The notes below the pieces were generated by a model. It was not told the origin of the DNA. It saw nothing but the letters and a program-made list of their open reading frames with translations, and searched no databases. The position numbers were made by a program, and so were the translations under genes. Shown piece by piece: positions 1 to 7,377 of a stretch of DNA of 26,678 nucleotides. Source of the DNA: Sulfurifustaceae bacterium (lineage in GTDB: Bacteria > Pseudomonadota > Gammaproteobacteria > Acidiferrobacterales > Sulfurifustaceae); assembly GCA_041483795.1 (NCBI GenBank), contig JBGPGJ010000001.1, positions 1 through 26,678 on the forward strand. The letters are read 5' to 3'. Numbering within the stretch: position 1 is the stretch's first letter; each line of letters starts with the position of its first letter.

Positions 1-144
1 ACGATCGGCGACGCAGGCTTTTATCAGCAGCCGGGCGACAAAATTGCCTTGACGATGGAACGTCTGGAAGCGGTCACCCGCGAACTCGAAGTCTGTTACA
101 GCCGGTGGCAGGCGTTGGAGTCGCAAGCGACGGTCAATGAATAA
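1..144 (+). CDS. uup: 3' end (partial, runs off the left edge) of an ABC-F family ATPase, Uup-like C-terminal coiled-coil domain
   Basis: My translation of frame +1 is TIGDAGFYQQPGDKIALTMERLEAVTRELEVCYSRWQALESQATVNE*, with TAA at 142-144. It matches the '..D..FY....L..LE......Y.RW..LE' tail I recognise from Uup/ABC-F proteins. It is not in the ORF track. Confidence 0.75.
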   Translation, partial: TIGDAGFYQQPGDKIALTMERLEAVTRELEVCYSRWQALESQATVNE

Positions 145-856
145 AGCGCTATTCGAATACCGATTGCGGGAGAGTTCACGCGCGCGGTACGTGCACCTGC
201 GCGTGTCCCCCGAACAGGGGTTGGAGGTGATTGTGCCCGAGGGTTATAAGAGAGCGGCGGACATTCCTCGTTTGTTGGAACGAAAACGGCGCTGGATTCA
301 CGCGGCGCTCGAACGCGCGGAGATCAATCGCAAATTCCTTGATCCCGAGGCGGCATGGCGCATGCCAGTGCAGATCACGCTGCCCGCGCTGGGCAAGAGT
401 TGGGAAGTAAGAACGAGGGCAACGAACGCGGCGGGAGCTAGGCTGCGTGCGATCGCCACCGATTGCTTGGAGATCAGTGGCCGAATCGACGACGAAAGGG
501 CGTGCTGGACCGCGTTGGGTCGCTGGCTGGTTCGCCAAGCGCATGAGCATCTCGTGCCACGTTTACAGGTTCTGGGAAAACAAACAGGGTTGCGCCACCG
601 ACATGTTTGTGTGAGGCGCCAGAAGACACGCTGGGCGAGCTGCTCGCGACATAAGGCGATTTCCCTGAACGTGAAGCTGCTGTTTCTATCCCCCGAGCTG
701 GTTGCGTACGTGTTGTTGCACGAACTCTGCCACACCGTTGAACTGAATCACTCCAAACGTTTTTGGATACTGGTGGAACGGCATTGCCCGGACTATCGCC
801 AACGCGACGCCATGCTGCGGGAAATGCAGGAACGGGTTCCGCATTGGGCACGATGA
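137..856 (+). CDS. YgjP-like / DUF45 (M48/SprT-like) zinc-dependent HExxH protein
   Basis: The 239-aa ORF starts 'YRLRESSRARYVHLRVSPEQGLEVIVP' and ends 'KTRWASCS...ISLNVKLL...YVLLHELCHTVELNHSKRFW', with an intact HELCH zinc motif. Its start overlaps the upstream stop by 8 nt. Confidence 0.9.
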   Translation: MNKALFEYRLRESSRARYVHLRVSPEQGLEVIVPEGYKRAADIPRLLERKRRWIHAALERAEINRKFLDPEAAWRMPVQITLPALGKSWEVRTRATNAAGARLRAIATDCLEISGRIDDERACWTALGRWLVRQAHEHLVPRLQVLGKQTGLRHRHVCVRRQKTRWASCSRHKAISLNVKLLFLSPELVAYVLLHELCHTVELNHSKRFWILVERHCPDYRQRDAMLREMQERVPHWAR

Positions 857-880
857 GCCGGCAATGGCGTACGGTCGAAA

Positions 881-1270
881 ATGAGCAGCGCGCTGGAACT
901 ACATGATTCCCGTGTGAGCCATATTATGTTGAGGGATGGCCGCGCAACGATTTATTTCTCCGTTGCTTATATTCACAAGTCCAAAGGAACGCCCGGAAGG
1001 TATGCTGGTACAGTCTGGACTCAGGAAGCGGAGTTAGTTATGGAGGAGGCGACCCTTTCAGGTACGCTCCCGCCGCTCCCGAACACAATATCCAATGGAT
1101 TCTTGGAAGTAGGGGGCGTGAAGCACGAACTGATTCCACTCCCGTTTAAACGGAAGGTGGCGGCAATACTGCGACTGACATTTACCGACGGAACCGAAAT
1201 TACAATAGTCGGCCAGAAACCGATTTTGGAGTTGCTGGGTCAGCCGATATTTATTGAAGATTCTTCCTAA
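881..1270 (+). CDS. Hypothetical protein (129 aa), lower GC than its neighbours
   Basis: Clean ATG-to-TAA ORF filling the gap between two genes, with a beta-strand-rich globular-looking sequence and no motif I recognise. Confidence 0.7.
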   Translation: MSSALELHDSRVSHIMLRDGRATIYFSVAYIHKSKGTPGRYAGTVWTQEAELVMEEATLSGTLPPLPNTISNGFLEVGGVKHELIPLPFKRKVAAILRLTFTDGTEITIVGQKPILELLGQPIFIEDSS

Positions 1271-1276
1271 CTGCGG

Positions 1277-1681
1277 TTACGGAAGTTTTATCTTCCCGCC
1301 GCCGGGCAACCCGCCCGGCGGGAATGCGCCGCCGCCGCGCTCGGGAATGACGATGGACGAGGCCTGCTGACGGCGCAGTTTTTCGATCTCCTGCATCGTG
1401 TTCTCGATGGCGACCTTGGTCGCGGGGCCGAACTTCGCCACCGCCTCCTCGAGCGTCTGCGCGGCGATTTCGAAGCTTAAGGGCAGTGCGCCCACCGCGG
1501 TAAGGATCTGAGTATCGCCGACATAGACGACGCGGCGGCTGATGTCGGGCGAGCCGTCACTCTTGATCGGCGTCAGGCGGCGCATGGTGCCGACCTTACG
1601 GTCGGTGAAGATCTCCTCGCGGTACAGGGCCGCGGGGTCCATCTTCGGTTCCGGCATTTTGCCTTCGGGCTTTTCAGTCAT
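1277..1681 (-). CDS. Conserved-type hypothetical cytoplasmic protein (~134 aa) with a Gly/Pro-rich C-terminal tail
   Basis: ORF 1277..1720 has strongly GC3-biased codons. The likely start is MTEKPEG at 1681 (possibly a later Met), because the upstream 13 codons look non-coding. Confidence 0.75.
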   Translation of the reverse strand: MTEKPEGKMPEPKMDPAALYREEIFTDRKVGTMRRLTPIKSDGSPDISRRVVYVGDTQILTAVGALPLSFEIAAQTLEEAVAKFGPATKVAIENTMQEIEKLRRQQASSIVIPERGGGAFPPGGLPGGGKIKLP

Positions 1682-1871
1682 GACTGTCTCTCGGTTCGAA
1701 ATCGTAGTTTCCCGGCACAAGGCTACAACAGAAAAGAGTTTAAGTTAACCGTCGGTATTGGCCGAACACCGCAGGCAGGGCCAAGGGTTTACTATATGGG
1801 GGTTGTGAGGAAACGCTCGCGCGCGCTACAAATAGTCTTACAGTGCTGGTCCGAAAAACGGAGATACGAAC

Positions 1872-2525
1872 ATGTCCCTATTCGCCAAGAAGATCGGAAT
1901 ACCGAAGCCCGAGGCGGCTCTCCCAGGCCGGGCGGAGAAAATGCCGGTACCGGCGCGGCATTACGTCAACGGTCACCCGTTGGCGCCGCCGTTTCCAGAA
2001 GGGATGGAGCTGGCGCTGTTCGGACTCGGCTGCTTTTGGGGCGCGGAGCGCGTGTTCTGGCATGCCGATGGTGTCTATACCACGGCGGTGGGTTACGCCG
2101 CCGGTCATACGCCGAACCCGACTTACCGCGAGGTGTGCACCGGCATGACCGGGCACAACGAAGTGGTGCGCGTTGTGTTCGACCCAACGGTCGTGAGTTA
2201 TGCCGAGCTGCTCAAACTGTTCTGGGAGTCGCACGATCCCACGCAGGGCATGCGCCAAGGCAACGACGTCGGCACGCAATATCGTTCCGGGATTTACGTC
2301 TATAGCGATGCACAGAAGAAGCTCGCCATTGCGTCGCGCGATGCGTACCAGCAGGCGCTGACGCAAACGGGCCACGGGAAAATCACGACCGAGATCCTCG
2401 AAGCCCCCGAGTTCTACTACGCCGAAGATTATCACCAGCAATATCTGGTCAAGAATCCTGGCGGCTACTGCGGATTGGGCGGTACCGGCATTGCCTGTCC
2501 GGTGGGCGTTGCCATGGCCGGTTGA
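1872..2525 (+). CDS. msrA: Peptide-methionine (S)-S-oxide reductase MsrA
   Basis: Contains the GCFWG catalytic motif, '[18 protein letters not shown]', '[14 protein letters not shown]', '[12 protein letters not shown]' and C-terminal recycling cysteines (GYCG...IAC). A GGAGA RBS lies upstream. Confidence 0.97.
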   Translation: MSLFAKKIGIPKPEAALPGRAEKMPVPARHYVNGHPLAPPFPEGMELALFGLGCFWGAERVFWHADGVYTTAVGYAAGHTPNPTYREVCTGMTGHNEVVRVVFDPTVVSYAELLKLFWESHDPTQGMRQGNDVGTQYRSGIYVYSDAQKKLAIASRDAYQQALTQTGHGKITTEILEAPEFYYAEDYHQQYLVKNPGGYCGLGGTGIACPVGVAMAG

Positions 2526-2602
2526 TTTCGCGAACGCATCATATCAGTTGAGGGCCGCGGCACTCGAGGATCATCGAGACCCGTTCGCCGTCGAACCGCG
2601 AT

Positions 2603-2779
2603 TCATGCCTGTCGGTTTTGCGGTTGTGGGGCCCCGGACTTTTCCTCGGCGATGGCGTGCGCCGTGTTGAGGACGGCGCTGAAGGTTTCGCGGCTGTGGT
2701 CCGCGAAGCGCGAACGTTGAGTAAGGGCTTCGAACAGTTGGAAGCCCGGGTTGCGGCGGTTGATGACTTCGGAGGTCAC
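2603..2779 (-). pseudogene. Probable 3' remnant of an unidentified gene, or a 58-aa small ORF (GTG start)
   Basis: My translation is VTSEVINRRNPGFQLFEALTQRSRFADHSRETFSAVLNTAHAIAEEKSGAPQPQNRQA*, with TGA at 2605-2603. Third codon positions are mostly G/C, as in real genes here. There is no clear RBS and an in-frame TGA lies 5 codons upstream of the GTG. It is not in the ORF track. Confidence 0.5.
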
Positions 2780-2780
2780 G

Positions 2781-2875
2781 AAAAAAATGTTTCAACGCAA
2801 GGGCGCGAAGGCGCAAAGGGTGCGCAAGGAAGTCGTTTATGCGCTCCATGCCTCGTGCGCGTCTTTGCGTTTGAA
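2781..2875 (-). repeat. Imperfect inverted repeat (REP-like or terminator-like) followed on the minus strand by a T7 tract
   Basis: Arms are TTCAACGCAAGGGCGCG (2791-2807) and CGCGTCTTTGCGTTTGAA (2858-2875), with internal GCGCAAAGG/GCGCAAGG-like repeats. An A7 run sits at 2781-2787. The element begins 5 nt past the stop of the PimD-like gene. Confidence 0.55.
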
Positions 2876-2880
2876 GGTTT

Positions 2881-4023
2881 TCAGGCCGCCAACAGCGTGT
2901 CGCTGAACTTGCCCAAGTGATGATCCGCGTCGCCGAAGGTGGCGTTGATCATGGTCAGTCGCTTGAAGTAGTGGCTGACGTTGAGTTCGTCGGTCACGCC
3001 CATGGCGCCGTGCAACTGTACTGCCTGCTGGCCGACGTAGCGCGACGCCTGGCCGATGTAGGCCTTGGCCGCGGATACAGTGCGGCGGCGCTCGGCGGCA
3101 TCGGGCGCGTCGGCCTTGACGCAGGCCAGATACATCATGGAGCGCGCCTGCTCGGTGGCGATCAGCATGTCGGCCATGCGGTGTTGCAGCACCTGGAACT
3201 TTCCTATTGGCACGCCGAACTGCTTGCGCATCTTGAGATATTCCAGCGTGGCTTCGTTGAGGGCAGCCATGATGCCGACGGCCTCGGCGCAGAGGGTGGC
3301 GATACCGTAGTCAATTGCGCGCTCGATCGTGGGCAGCGCCACGTCCTTCGCGCCGAGCAGCGCATCCGCGCCGACGCGCACGCTCTTCAATGTAATCTCC
3401 GCGGCGCGCATGCCGTCCTGGGTGGGATAGCCGCGCACGGTCACACCGGCCACGTTACGGACGACGATGAATAGCGAAATGCCCGCGTCGTCGCGCGCGC
3501 CGCCGGAGGTACGCGCGGAGACGATGAGCTTGTCGGCCGCTTGGCCTGCGAGCACCACCGACTTGGCGCCATCGAGCACCCAGCCGTTGCCGTCCGTTTT
3601 GGCGCTGGTAGCCACGTGGTTCACCTCGTAGCGCGTTCCGGGTTCGTAATGGGCGAGGGCCATCATCAGCTCGCCGCCGGCGATCGCGGGCAGCAGCGTT
3701 TCTTTCTGCGCGTCGTTGCCGGCGGCGCGCACCAGACCGCCGCACAAGACGACCGTAGTGAGATAAGGCTCCAGCACCAATCCACGGCTGAAGGCCTCCA
3801 TGACGATCATGGTGTCCACGGCGTTGCCGCCCATGCCGCCATAGGCTTCGGGGAAGGGCAGGCCGAGCAGGCCAAGCTCGGCGAACTGGCGCCAGGTGTC
3901 GCGGCTGAAGCCCTCTTCGGTGCGGGCGATCTGGCGCCGCCGTTCGAAGGTGTAATCCTTGGCGATGAAGCGCCGCAGCGTATCCTGAAAGGCCGTTTGT
4001 TCTTCAGTGAAGTTAAAGTCCAT
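2881..4023 (-). CDS. pimD: Acyl-CoA dehydrogenase family protein, PimD-like (small subunit of a heteromeric ACAD)
   Basis: Starts MDFNFTEEQ at ATG 4023 (the ORF-track extension to 4140 overlaps the upstream gene). ACAD motifs include 'R.QFGVPIGKFQVLQHRMADM' and 'AVQLHGAMGVTDEL'. The C-terminus is degenerate ('INATFGDADHH'). Confidence 0.8.
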   Translation of the reverse strand: MDFNFTEEQTAFQDTLRRFIAKDYTFERRRQIARTEEGFSRDTWRQFAELGLLGLPFPEAYGGMGGNAVDTMIVMEAFSRGLVLEPYLTTVVLCGGLVRAAGNDAQKETLLPAIAGGELMMALAHYEPGTRYEVNHVATSAKTDGNGWVLDGAKSVVLAGQAADKLIVSARTSGGARDDAGISLFIVVRNVAGVTVRGYPTQDGMRAAEITLKSVRVGADALLGAKDVALPTIERAIDYGIATLCAEAVGIMAALNEATLEYLKMRKQFGVPIGKFQVLQHRMADMLIATEQARSMMYLACVKADAPDAAERRRTVSAAKAYIGQASRYVGQQAVQLHGAMGVTDELNVSHYFKRLTMINATFGDADHHLGKFSDTLLAA

Positions 4024-4031
4024 GTTTGGTC

Positions 4032-5228
4032 TCACAAGCCCAGGATCATCTGGGAGATGATGTTCTTCTGAATTTCGTTCGATCCGCCGTAGATCGTGGT
4101 CTTGCGCAGATTGAAGTAGTGTCCCGCCAGCGGTGCGCAATAATCGGCGCCGACCGGCGTGCCCTGCCAGCCGGCATCGAGCGCCTCGTGCACGTAGGGC
4201 AGCGAGTAGTGGCCGACGGCCTGCATCGCCAGCTCGGACAGCACTTGCTGGATTTCCGAACCCTTGATCTTGAGAATCGAGGCCTCGGGTCCGGGGGCGC
4301 GCTGCTCGCGCTCGGCGGAGATGACGCGCAGATTGGTGATTTCCAGGGCCATCAGTTCCAGTTCCACCTGGGCGATCTTGTCGCGGAAGCGCGCGTCTTC
4401 AATGAGTGGCCGGCCGCCGGATACTTCGCGACGGGCTATCTCCTTCAGATGCTTCAATGCGCGTTTGGAGCGGCCCACGCCGGCGATGCCGGTGCGCTCG
4501 TGACCGAGCAGGAACTTGGCGTAGGTCCAGCCCTTGTTCTCCTGGCCGATCAGGTTTTCATTCGGCACCTTGACGTTCTCGAACCACACTTCGTTGATCT
4601 CGTGTTCTCCATCGAGCATGACGATCGGTCGCACGGTGATGCCGGGTGATTGCATGTCAATGAGCAGAAAAGAGATGCCTTCCTGCTGCCGGCCCTCCGA
4701 ACTGGTGCGCACGAGGCAGAAAATCCAGTCGGCATATTGGCCGAGCGTGTTCCAGGTTTTCTGGCCGTTGACGATGTAATGATCGCCTCGACGCTCGGCG
4801 GGGGTTTTTAGCGAGGCCAGGTCCGAGCCGGCGCCCGGCTCGGAATAACCCTGGCACCACCAGTGTTCGCCGGAAAGGATCTTCGGCAGGAAGTATTTCT
4901 GTTGGCCTGGGTTGCCGAAGGCCATGATGACCGGCGCCACCATGCGCAGACCGAAGGGGATGATGAGGGGGGCGTCGGCATCGGCGCATTCCTCGTCGAA
5001 GATATGCTGCTGTACGGCGTTCCAGCCGGCGCCGCCGAACTCCACCGGCCAACCGGGCGCGATCCAGCCTTGCTTGTGAAGAATCTTGTGCCAACGCAGA
5101 AAATCGTCCTTGTTCAGACGCTTGCCGCCGTGCACCTTGTCGCGGATGTCCGCTGGCAGATTTTCGTCAATAAATCGCCGCGCTTGCGCTCGGAACGCCT
5201 GTTCTTCTTCGGTGAAATTTAGATCCAT
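4032..5228 (-). CDS. pimC: Acyl-CoA dehydrogenase, PimC-like (pimeloyl-CoA dehydrogenase large-subunit type)
   Basis: Starts MDLNFTEEEQAFR at ATG 5228, with RBS GAGGTGGA upstream. Contains 'WCQGYSEPGAGSDLASLKT', 'NGQKTWNTLGQYAD', 'FLLGHERTG' and 'TTIYGGSNEIQKNII'. It lies 8 nt from the PimD-like gene. Confidence 0.85.
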   Translation of the reverse strand: MDLNFTEEEQAFRAQARRFIDENLPADIRDKVHGGKRLNKDDFLRWHKILHKQGWIAPGWPVEFGGAGWNAVQQHIFDEECADADAPLIIPFGLRMVAPVIMAFGNPGQQKYFLPKILSGEHWWCQGYSEPGAGSDLASLKTPAERRGDHYIVNGQKTWNTLGQYADWIFCLVRTSSEGRQQEGISFLLIDMQSPGITVRPIVMLDGEHEINEVWFENVKVPNENLIGQENKGWTYAKFLLGHERTGIAGVGRSKRALKHLKEIARREVSGGRPLIEDARFRDKIAQVELELMALEITNLRVISAEREQRAPGPEASILKIKGSEIQQVLSELAMQAVGHYSLPYVHEALDAGWQGTPVGADYCAPLAGHYFNLRKTTIYGGSNEIQKNIISQMILGL

Positions 5229-5275
5229 GTTCGCGGTTCCACCTCTTAATCGCGGTGCGGTATGAAGTTCGGTTG

Positions 5276-6904
5276 TTACGCGGTCGGCAGCTTGTGATCG
5301 CGAAATTGCTCGCGCAGCTTGGTCTTGAGCAGCTTGCCCGTGGCGGTGTGGGGCAAGCTGTCCACGAACGCCACGTCGTCCGGCAGCCACCACTTGGCCG
5401 CTTTGCCCTCGTAGAATCCGAGCAGCTCGTCGCGATCCACGTTCACGCCGGGCTTTTTGACGACAATCAACAGCGGACGCTCGCCCCACTTAGGATGGGG
5501 CACCCCGATCACTGCCGCCTCGGCGACCGCCGGGTGTCCCACGGCGATATTTTCCAGCTCGATGGAGCTGATCCATTCGCCGCCGGACTTGATCACGTCC
5601 TTGGATCGGTCGGTGATCTGCATGTAGCCGTCGGCGTCCAGGGTAGCCACGTCGCCGGTGGGAAACCAGCCGTCGCGCAAGACCGAGCCGCCTTCGCCCT
5701 TGAAGTAACCGCTGGTCACCCAGGGACCGCGGATCATAAGGTCGCCGAAGGCCTTGCCGTCGCGAGGGAGTTCCTTGCCGTCCGAGTCCACGATCTTGAG
5801 TTCCACTCCGAAGAGCGCGCGCCCCTGTTTGGCTTGCAGCGCAAGTTTCTGTTCTTGCGACCAGCCCTCGTGTTTTCCCTTGAAGATGTTCACCGCGCCC
5901 ACCGGGCTGGTCTCGGTCATACCCCAGCCGTGCTGTACGCGCACGCCATATTGTTCTTGGAAGCTGCGGATGATGGCCAGCGGACAGGCCGAACCGCCCA
6001 CGGTTGTCCGCTGCAGGGTGGAGAACTTGAGCTTGTTCTGCTGCACGTACTGCAACAGTCCGAGCCAGATCGTAGGCACGCCGGTGGCGATCGTTACCTT
6101 TTCCTGCTCGAGTAGTTGATACAGACTAGCCCCGTCCAGGCCCGGACCGGGGAGCACCAGTTTGGCGCCGACGAGCGGGGCGGAATAAGGAGCACCCCAG
6201 GCGTTGACGTGGAACATAGGCACGACCGGTAGATAGGAGTCGCGCGCGGACAGTCCCCCGCTATCCGGCAGGGCGATGGCATAGGCGTGCAGGAGCGTTG
6301 AGCGATGGGAATAGAGCACGCCCTTGGGGTTGCCGGTGGTGCCGGAGGTGTAGCACAGCGATGAGGCGGTGTTCTCGTCGAACGCCGGCCATTCCAAGTC
6401 GTCCGAATTCGCGTTGACCAAATCCTCGTAGCAGAGGACGTTTGGCAGCGTGGTCTGGGGCATGTGGGCACGGTCGGTCATCACCACAAAACCCTTTACG
6501 CTTTTGCAGTGGGGCGCAAGTTTCTCCACCAGCGGCACGAACGTGAGGTCCGTAAAGACGTAGCTGTCTTCGGCGTGATTGACGATGTAGATGATCTGTT
6601 CCGGGAACAGGCGCGGATTGACCGTGTGGCAGATGGCGCCGATGCCGGAGATAGCGTAGTAAAGTTCGAAATGGCGATGGTTGTTCCAGGCCAGCGTGCC
6701 CACCCGGTTTGCCGGCTTGATGCCGAGGGCGAGCAGGGCGTTAGCGAGCTGGCGCGAACGCTTGTGAGCCTGGGAATACGTGTAACGATGAAAGCCGCCT
6801 TCTGTCAGGCGGCTCACGATCTCGGTGTCGCCGTGACAGCGGTCCGCATGGCGGATCAGCGACGAGATCATCAGGGGCATGTTCATCATCTGGCCAGGTA
6901 TCAT
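5276..6904 (-). CDS. Acyl-CoA ligase (AMP-forming), medium/long-chain fatty acid or 3-(methylthio)propionyl-CoA ligase (DmdB-like) subfamily
   Basis: Likely start [20 protein letters not shown] at 6904, with RBS GAGGA upstream. Contains the P-loop [11 protein letters not shown], '[11 protein letters not shown]', 'HGWGMTE', 'TGDVA', '[16 protein letters not shown]' and the catalytic Lys in 'TGKLLK'. Confidence 0.92.
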   Translation of the reverse strand: MIPGQMMNMPLMISSLIRHADRCHGDTEIVSRLTEGGFHRYTYSQAHKRSRQLANALLALGIKPANRVGTLAWNNHRHFELYYAISGIGAICHTVNPRLFPEQIIYIVNHAEDSYVFTDLTFVPLVEKLAPHCKSVKGFVVMTDRAHMPQTTLPNVLCYEDLVNANSDDLEWPAFDENTASSLCYTSGTTGNPKGVLYSHRSTLLHAYAIALPDSGGLSARDSYLPVVPMFHVNAWGAPYSAPLVGAKLVLPGPGLDGASLYQLLEQEKVTIATGVPTIWLGLLQYVQQNKLKFSTLQRTTVGGSACPLAIIRSFQEQYGVRVQHGWGMTETSPVGAVNIFKGKHEGWSQEQKLALQAKQGRALFGVELKIVDSDGKELPRDGKAFGDLMIRGPWVTSGYFKGEGGSVLRDGWFPTGDVATLDADGYMQITDRSKDVIKSGGEWISSIELENIAVGHPAVAEAAVIGVPHPKWGERPLLIVVKKPGVNVDRDELLGFYEGKAAKWWLPDDVAFVDSLPHTATGKLLKTKLREQFRDHKLPTA

Positions 6905-7377
6905 ATTGGTTATCCTCATAGGGTTATCCAAGGGGATCGGCGCGCGGGCGCAGCTCATGGCGGTAAATCTGTCAATGGATAAGAACGTCCGCAGCAGGGG
7001 CGTAACTCTTGTGGCACGTCTCCCGGCTGTACGGCTACTCACCTTGAAATACTTATCAATGATTCTGCGCCCCATGCCCCCGGGCGCTGAAAGACCCGAT
7101 TTCGATATGATGCGTAGGCTATCGAGTACCGGTTACCGCCTATCTTAATCCACCAAACGTCGCCATTTACAAGGGAACAAAATAACAATACCATGATTTT
7201 CCGATTTGCGGAATAAAGGTCCGCTAGGCGAAACACCCAACCACCTCACATCGCAACTGAGCTCTGGCTGCTGGGGTAGCCGGTCAACGAATTTGGCAAG
7301 GTGGCCGGTATCCCACCAGGCTTCTTTCATGTAAACGTTGTTCACATCTTTAATTAAGATACAGAACAGGAGGAGAT
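6905..7377. promoter_or_regulatory. Divergent intergenic control region between the two arms of the catabolic cluster
   Basis: A 473-bp gap between head-to-head genes, visibly more AT-rich than the coding DNA. It contains the imperfect palindrome ATGTAAAC-GTT-GTTCACAT (7329-7347). I identified no confident -35/-10 or sigma54 box. Confidence 0.6.

Noticed and set aside
4032-5489. N-terminal extensions in the ORF track for the pimC-like, pimD-like, ligase, pimF-like (12408), HD (14659), thiolase (15231) and livF2 (24687) ORFs
   Set aside because: The extensions mostly overlap neighbouring genes in shadow frames. Internal starts match family N-termini, and most have a recognisable RBS.
5276-6904. 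DmdB-like ligase as evidence of DMSP/methylmercaptopropionate demethylation, with a link to nearby msrA
   Set aside because: The subfamily is promiscuous for short- and medium-chain acids, and I recognise no DmdA, DmdC-type or DmdD-type gene in the window.
7003-7025. TGGCACG resembling a sigma54 -24 box
   Set aside because: The required TTGC -12 element is absent at the correct spacing (the sequence continues TCTCCCGG).
7039-7345. Small minus-strand ORFs (65-66 aa) and a possible riboswitch or sRNA in the divergent intergenic region
   Set aside because: The ORFs lack convincing RBSs, coding bias and recognisable motifs, and I recognise no known riboswitch consensus. An Infernal/Rfam scan would be needed to exclude an RNA element.
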